DNA of 64,000 nucleotides from Escherichia coli (GTDB lineage Bacteria; Pseudomonadota; Gammaproteobacteria; Enterobacterales; Enterobacteriaceae): NCBI RefSeq assembly GCF_041886205.1, contig NZ_CP169029.1; one strand, 5' to 3'. Shown piece by piece: positions 59,897 to 64,000 of this stretch (position 1 is its first letter; each line of letters starts with the position of its first letter). The notes under the pieces were generated by a model. It saw only the letters and a program-made list of their open reading frames with translations, ran no database searches and was not told where the DNA came from. The position numbers and the translations under genes were made by a program.

Positions 59897-61930
59897 TCAC
59901 GCGTCCGGGAACATCACGCTATGGCCCGGCGCTTCACGATGGAGATGGATAAAGTTAAGGTGCCGCTCGTACTGATCGAGAATATCGGTGATCACCTGCT
60001 CTTTGCTGTAGTCCATCAGGTCGTTGCCCTGGCTGCCTTCTAACAGGAAAGTTTCCAGCCGGTAGTAGGTCGATTTACCGCTACGTGCGCGGTAGGTAAA
60101 GCCCGGCACCGAGTATTGCTGCGGCCAAATCTGATAGACAAAGTTTTGTTCTTCGCCCATATGCACCAACAAATCCAGATGCCCCAACTGTTGTCCCTCT
60201 TCCGGCGGCAGGCTTTTTAGCTCCACGTATGCGCCGCGCAACCGCAGCTCCTGCGCCACTTCTTCCATTGCCGGGTAACAGACCGTCTCCATCATCTGTT
60301 TAGTGTAACGCGTGCCCGGATAATTCATCAGGCGCGAGAGACGTTTTTTCCAGCTCAGGCGATCCTGAAGCCCCAGCGGTCGCGGTGCGGTATCGCGGTT
60401 GGCACTTTCACGGCGGTAATCTTCTACCTTCAGAGATTTATACAACCCCGCCATCACGAAGAAGATCACAAAGCTGAACGGCAGCCCCATAATCACCGTG
60501 GTGTTTTGCAGCGCGGATATCCCGTTGGTCATCAGCATGCCGAGCGTCAGCAGGCCAATCGCCACCGACCAGAAGACGCGCAGCCAGCCGGGGGCGTCGC
60601 TGTTGATATCTTTAAGCTGCGAGGTGAAATTCCCCAGCACCAGCGCCCCGGAGTCCGCCGAGGTCACATAAAACAGCAGGCCAGTAATGGTGGCGACGGA
60701 GGCGCTAAAGGTAAACGCCGGATACTGCGCCAGCAGGCTGTAGAAGCCGCGCTCCGGATGGACCATCGCTTCCTCGGCAAATGCCGCTCCGCCGTGGATG
60801 ATTTCATACAGCGCGCTATTGCCGAACACCGAGAGCCATAACAGCGTGAAGGTAAACGGAATAATCAACGTGCCCAGCACGAACTGGCGAATGGTACGCC
60901 CACGCGAGATACGCGCCAGGAACAAGCCGACAAACGGCGACCATGCCACCCACCATGCCCAGAAGAAGAGCGTCCAGTTATTCATCCACTCAACTGGACG
61001 GTCGAAGGCAAAACTGTTGAGCGTCATGCCCATAAAGCGATTCACATAGTCGCCAACATTCAGCACCAGTGCATTAAGCAGGAACGAAGTGTCGCCCATA
61101 AACAACACGAACAGGATCAATCCCAGCGCCAGCGCGACATTAAGCTCCGATAACACGCGAATGCCCTTATCGACACCGGATGTCACCGAGATAGTGGCGA
61201 TGATCACCGACAAGGCGATCAGTGCCGCTTTTGCCGCCATCGAATCGGGAATATCAAACAGTACGCTCAAGCCATAGTTAAGCTGCACCACACCGATACC
61301 GAGCGTAGTGGCAATACCGAAGATAGTGCCGATCACCGCTGCAATATCCACTGAGTGACCTATCGGCCCGTTAATCCGTTTACCGAAGATCGGGTACAGC
61401 GCCGAGCGGATGGTGAGCGGCAAATTATAACGATAGCTAAAGTATCCGAGCGCCATGCCCATCAGCGCATACATCGACCAGCCGGTTAAGCCGTAGTGAA
61501 ACAGCGTCCAGACCATCGCCTGACGCGCGGCCTCAATCGTCTGTCCCGCGCCTTCCGGCGGCTGCATATACTGCGTTACCGGTTCGGCTACGGAGAAGAA
61601 CATCAGGTCGATACCGATCCCGGCAGCAAACAGCATCGCCGCCCAACTCAGCAGGCTGAATTCCGGTTTGGATTGTTCTGGCCCGAGCTTCACCGAACCA
61701 AAACGCGAACAAGCGATACAGACCACAAAGACAATATAGAGCGTTGCCGCCAGCAGATAGTACCAACCGAAGGTTTTAGAAACCCAGTCCAGCGTGCGGC
61801 CAATCCACAGGGCCGAGAAGTCGCGAAACAGGATCGTTGTCAGGGAAAACAACAAAATCAGTCCGGCGGAGGTGTAAAACACCACCGGATTGATTTTGTC
61901 CTTTTCCCTGCTGTGTGAAAGGTCTGTCAT
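59897..61930 (-). CDS. betT: Choline transporter (BCCT family)
   Basis: 677 aa; MTDLSHSREKDKINPVVFYTSAGLILLF. Confidence 0.95.
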   Translation of the reverse strand: MTDLSHSREKDKINPVVFYTSAGLILLFSLTTILFRDFSALWIGRTLDWVSKTFGWYYLLAATLYIVFVVCIACSRFGSVKLGPEQSKPEFSLLSWAAMLFAAGIGIDLMFFSVAEPVTQYMQPPEGAGQTIEAARQAMVWTLFHYGLTGWSMYALMGMALGYFSYRYNLPLTIRSALYPIFGKRINGPIGHSVDIAAVIGTIFGIATTLGIGVVQLNYGLSVLFDIPDSMAAKAALIALSVIIATISVTSGVDKGIRVLSELNVALALGLILFVLFMGDTSFLLNALVLNVGDYVNRFMGMTLNSFAFDRPVEWMNNWTLFFWAWWVAWSPFVGLFLARISRGRTIRQFVLGTLIIPFTFTLLWLSVFGNSALYEIIHGGAAFAEEAMVHPERGFYSLLAQYPAFTFSASVATITGLLFYVTSADSGALVLGNFTSQLKDINSDAPGWLRVFWSVAIGLLTLGMLMTNGISALQNTTVIMGLPFSFVIFFVMAGLYKSLKVEDYRRESANRDTAPRPLGLQDRLSWKKRLSRLMNYPGTRYTKQMMETVCYPAMEEVAQELRLRGAYVELKSLPPEEGQQLGHLDLLVHMGEEQNFVYQIWPQQYSVPGFTYRARSGKSTYYRLETFLLEGSQGNDLMDYSKEQVITDILDQYERHLNFIHLHREAPGHSVMFPDA

Positions 61931-61993
61931 CCAGTATCCCCACTGTTATTGTTACTATTTAAAATCAAATTAGTAACAATTAAGACACATTTT

Positions 61994-62013
61994 ATATTGA
62001 ACGTCCAATCAAT
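61994..62013. promoter_or_regulatory. Imperfect dyad TATTGAACGTCCAATCAATA in the betT-betI divergent region (candidate BetI operator)
   Basis: TATTGA / TCAATA arms in an AT-rich region between divergent starts. Confidence 0.45.
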
Positions 62014-62058
62014 AACCGCTTTAATAGATAAACACCGCTGATGAATGGAGTGGCGAAA

Positions 62059-62646
62059 ATGCCCAAATTGGGGATGCAGTCGATCCGGCGCAGACAACTG
62101 ATCGACGCCACACTGGAAGCAATAAATGAAGTGGGCATGCACGATGCAACGATCGCGCAGATCGCCCGCCGTGCAGGCGTTTCTACGGGGATCATCAGCC
62201 ACTATTTCAGGGACAAAAATGGTCTGCTGGAAGCAACCATGCGCGATATCACCAGTCAGCTGCGTGACGCGGTTTTGAATCGATTACATGCACTTCCGCA
62301 GGGCAGTGCAGAGCAGCGATTACAGGCGATTGTTGGCGGAAACTTCGATGAAACGCAGGTGAGCAGTGCGGCGATGAAAGCCTGGCTGGCGTTCTGGGCC
62401 AGCAGTATGCATCAGCCGATGCTCTATCGTTTACAGCAGGTCAGCAGCCGCCGCTTGCTGTCGAATCTGGTGAGCGAGTTTCGCCGCGAATTGCCGCGCC
62501 AACAGGCACAGGAAGCGGGCTACGGCCTTGCCGCGCTGATTGACGGATTATGGCTGCGCGCGGCACTGAGCGGCAAACCGCTGGATAAACCTCTCGCACA
62601 CTCGCTGACCCGTCACTTTATTACTCAGCATTTACCCACCGATTAA
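62059..62646 (+). CDS. betI: TetR-family repressor of the bet regulon
   Basis: 195 aa from [50 protein letters not shown]. Confidence 0.93.
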   Translation: MPKLGMQSIRRRQLIDATLEAINEVGMHDATIAQIARRAGVSTGIISHYFRDKNGLLEATMRDITSQLRDAVLNRLHALPQGSAEQRLQAIVGGNFDETQVSSAAMKAWLAFWASSMHQPMLYRLQQVSSRRLLSNLVSEFRRELPRQQAQEAGYGLAALIDGLWLRAALSGKPLDKPLAHSLTRHFITQHLPTD

Positions 62647-62659
62647 CCGAGGAGACGTG

Positions 62660-64000
62660 ATGTCCCGAATGGCAGAACAGCAGCTTTATATACATGGTGG
62701 TTATACCTCCGCCACCAGCGGTCGCACCTTCGAGACCATTAACCCGGCCAACGGTAACGTGCTGGCGACCGTGCAGGCCGCCGGGCGTGAGGATGTCGAT
62801 CGCGCCGTGAAAAGCGCCCAGCAAGGGCAAAAAATCTGGGCGGCGATGACCGCTATGGAACGCTCGCGTATTCTGCGTCGGGCCGTTGATATTCTGCGTG
62901 AACGCAATGACGAACTCGCAAAACTGGAAACCCTCGACACCGGAAAAGCATATTCGGAAACCTCAACCGTCGATATCGTTACCGGTGCGGACGTGCTGGA
63001 GTACTACGCCGGGCTGATCCCGGCGCTGGAAGGCAGCCAGATCCCGTTGCGTGAGACGTCATTTGTTTATACCTGCCGCGAACCGCTGGGCGTGGTGGCG
63101 GGGATTGGCGCGTGGAATTACCCGATCCAGATTGCCCTGTGGAAATCCGCCCCGGCGCTGGCGGCAGGCAACGCAATGATTTTCAAACCGAGCGAAGTCA
63201 CCCCGCTTACCGCGTTAAAGCTGGCTGAAATTTACAGCGAAGCGGGCCTGCCGGACGGCGTATTTAACGTGTTGCCGGGCGTGGGCGCGGAGACCGGGCA
63301 ATATCTGACCGAGCATCCGGGCATTGCCAAAGTGTCATTTACCGGCGGTGTCGCCAGCGGCAAAAAAGTGATGGCTAACTCGGCGGCCTCTTCCTTGAAA
63401 GAAGTGACCATGGAACTGGGCGGTAAATCGCCGCTGATCGTTTTCGACGATGCGGATCTCGATCTCGCCGCCGATATCGCCATGATGGCGAACTTCTTCA
63501 GCTCCGGTCAGGTGTGTACCAATGGCACCCGCGTCTTCGTTCCGGCGAAATGCAAAGCCGCATTTGAGCAGAAAATTCTGGCGCGCGTTGAGCGCATTCG
63601 CGCGGGCGACGTTTTCGATCCGCAAACTAACTTCGGCCCGCTGGTCAGCTTCCCGCATCGCGATAACGTGCTGCGCTATATCGCCAAAGGCAAAGAGGAA
63701 GGCGCGCGCGTACTGTGCGGCGGCGATGTACTGAAAGGCGATGGCCTCGATAACGGCGCATGGGTCGCGCCGACTGTGTTCACCGATTGCAGCGACGAAA
63801 TGACCATTGTGCGCGAAGAGATCTTCGGTCCGGTGATGTCGCTTCTCACTTATGAATCTGAGGACGAAGTGATTCGCCGCGCCAATGATACCGACTACGG
63901 CCTGGCGGCGGGTATCGTGACGGCGGACCTGAACCGCGCGCATCGCGTCATTCATCAGCTGGAAGCGGGTATTTGCTGGATCAACACCTGGGGCGAATCC
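62660..64000 (+). CDS. betB: Betaine-aldehyde dehydrogenase, 3' end outside window
   Basis: Frame open from ATG 62660 ([21 protein letters not shown]) to the window end; ALDH family; 14 bp after betI. Confidence 0.9.
   Translation, partial: MSRMAEQQLYIHGGYTSATSGRTFETINPANGNVLATVQAAGREDVDRAVKSAQQGQKIWAAMTAMERSRILRRAVDILRERNDELAKLETLDTGKAYSETSTVDIVTGADVLEYYAGLIPALEGSQIPLRETSFVYTCREPLGVVAGIGAWNYPIQIALWKSAPALAAGNAMIFKPSEVTPLTALKLAEIYSEAGLPDGVFNVLPGVGAETGQYLTEHPGIAKVSFTGGVASGKKVMANSAASSLKEVTMELGGKSPLIVFDDADLDLAADIAMMANFFSSGQVCTNGTRVFVPAKCKAAFEQKILARVERIRAGDVFDPQTNFGPLVSFPHRDNVLRYIAKGKEEGARVLCGGDVLKGDGLDNGAWVAPTVFTDCSDEMTIVREEIFGPVMSLLTYESEDEVIRRANDTDYGLAAGIVTADLNRAHRVIHQLEAGICWINTWGES

Overview
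This window is an Escherichia coli chromosomal segment spanning the lac region, in reverse orientation relative to the K-12 map. Gene identities and the K-12 comparison are from recall of the translated ORFs; no database search was run. Order: a UhpB-like sensor kinase (5' end outside the window) and UhpC-like sensor permease coupled to afuABC; frmRAB; yaiL; mhpT-mhpEFDCBA with divergent mhpR; lacI and lacZYA with the complete control region (O3, CAP site, promoter, O1, O2); cynXST and cynR; codBA; prpEDCB with a sigma-54 promoter and divergent prpR; yahO, yahN, yahM, yahL, yahK; a four-gene sugar-type ABC transporter plus a small ASCH-domain gene; yahJ, yahI, yahG, yahF, yahE, yahD, yahC, yahB; an autotransporter gene lacking its beta-barrel domain; betT, betI and the start of betB. 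REP elements fill many intergenic gaps. No tRNA/rRNA, CRISPR array, IS element, integrase or phage gene was seen. Three blocks appear accessory relative to K-12: the uhpBC-like/afuABC island (1-6944), the ABC transporter/ASCH insertion between yahK and yahJ (43208-48335), and the truncated autotransporter where K-12 has pdeL (57390-59324). The most interesting candidate for an uncharacterised system is the yahD-J cluster with the adjacent transporter, which looks like a paralogue of the allantoin-branch oxamate carbamoyltransferase/carbamate kinase module with an unknown substrate.
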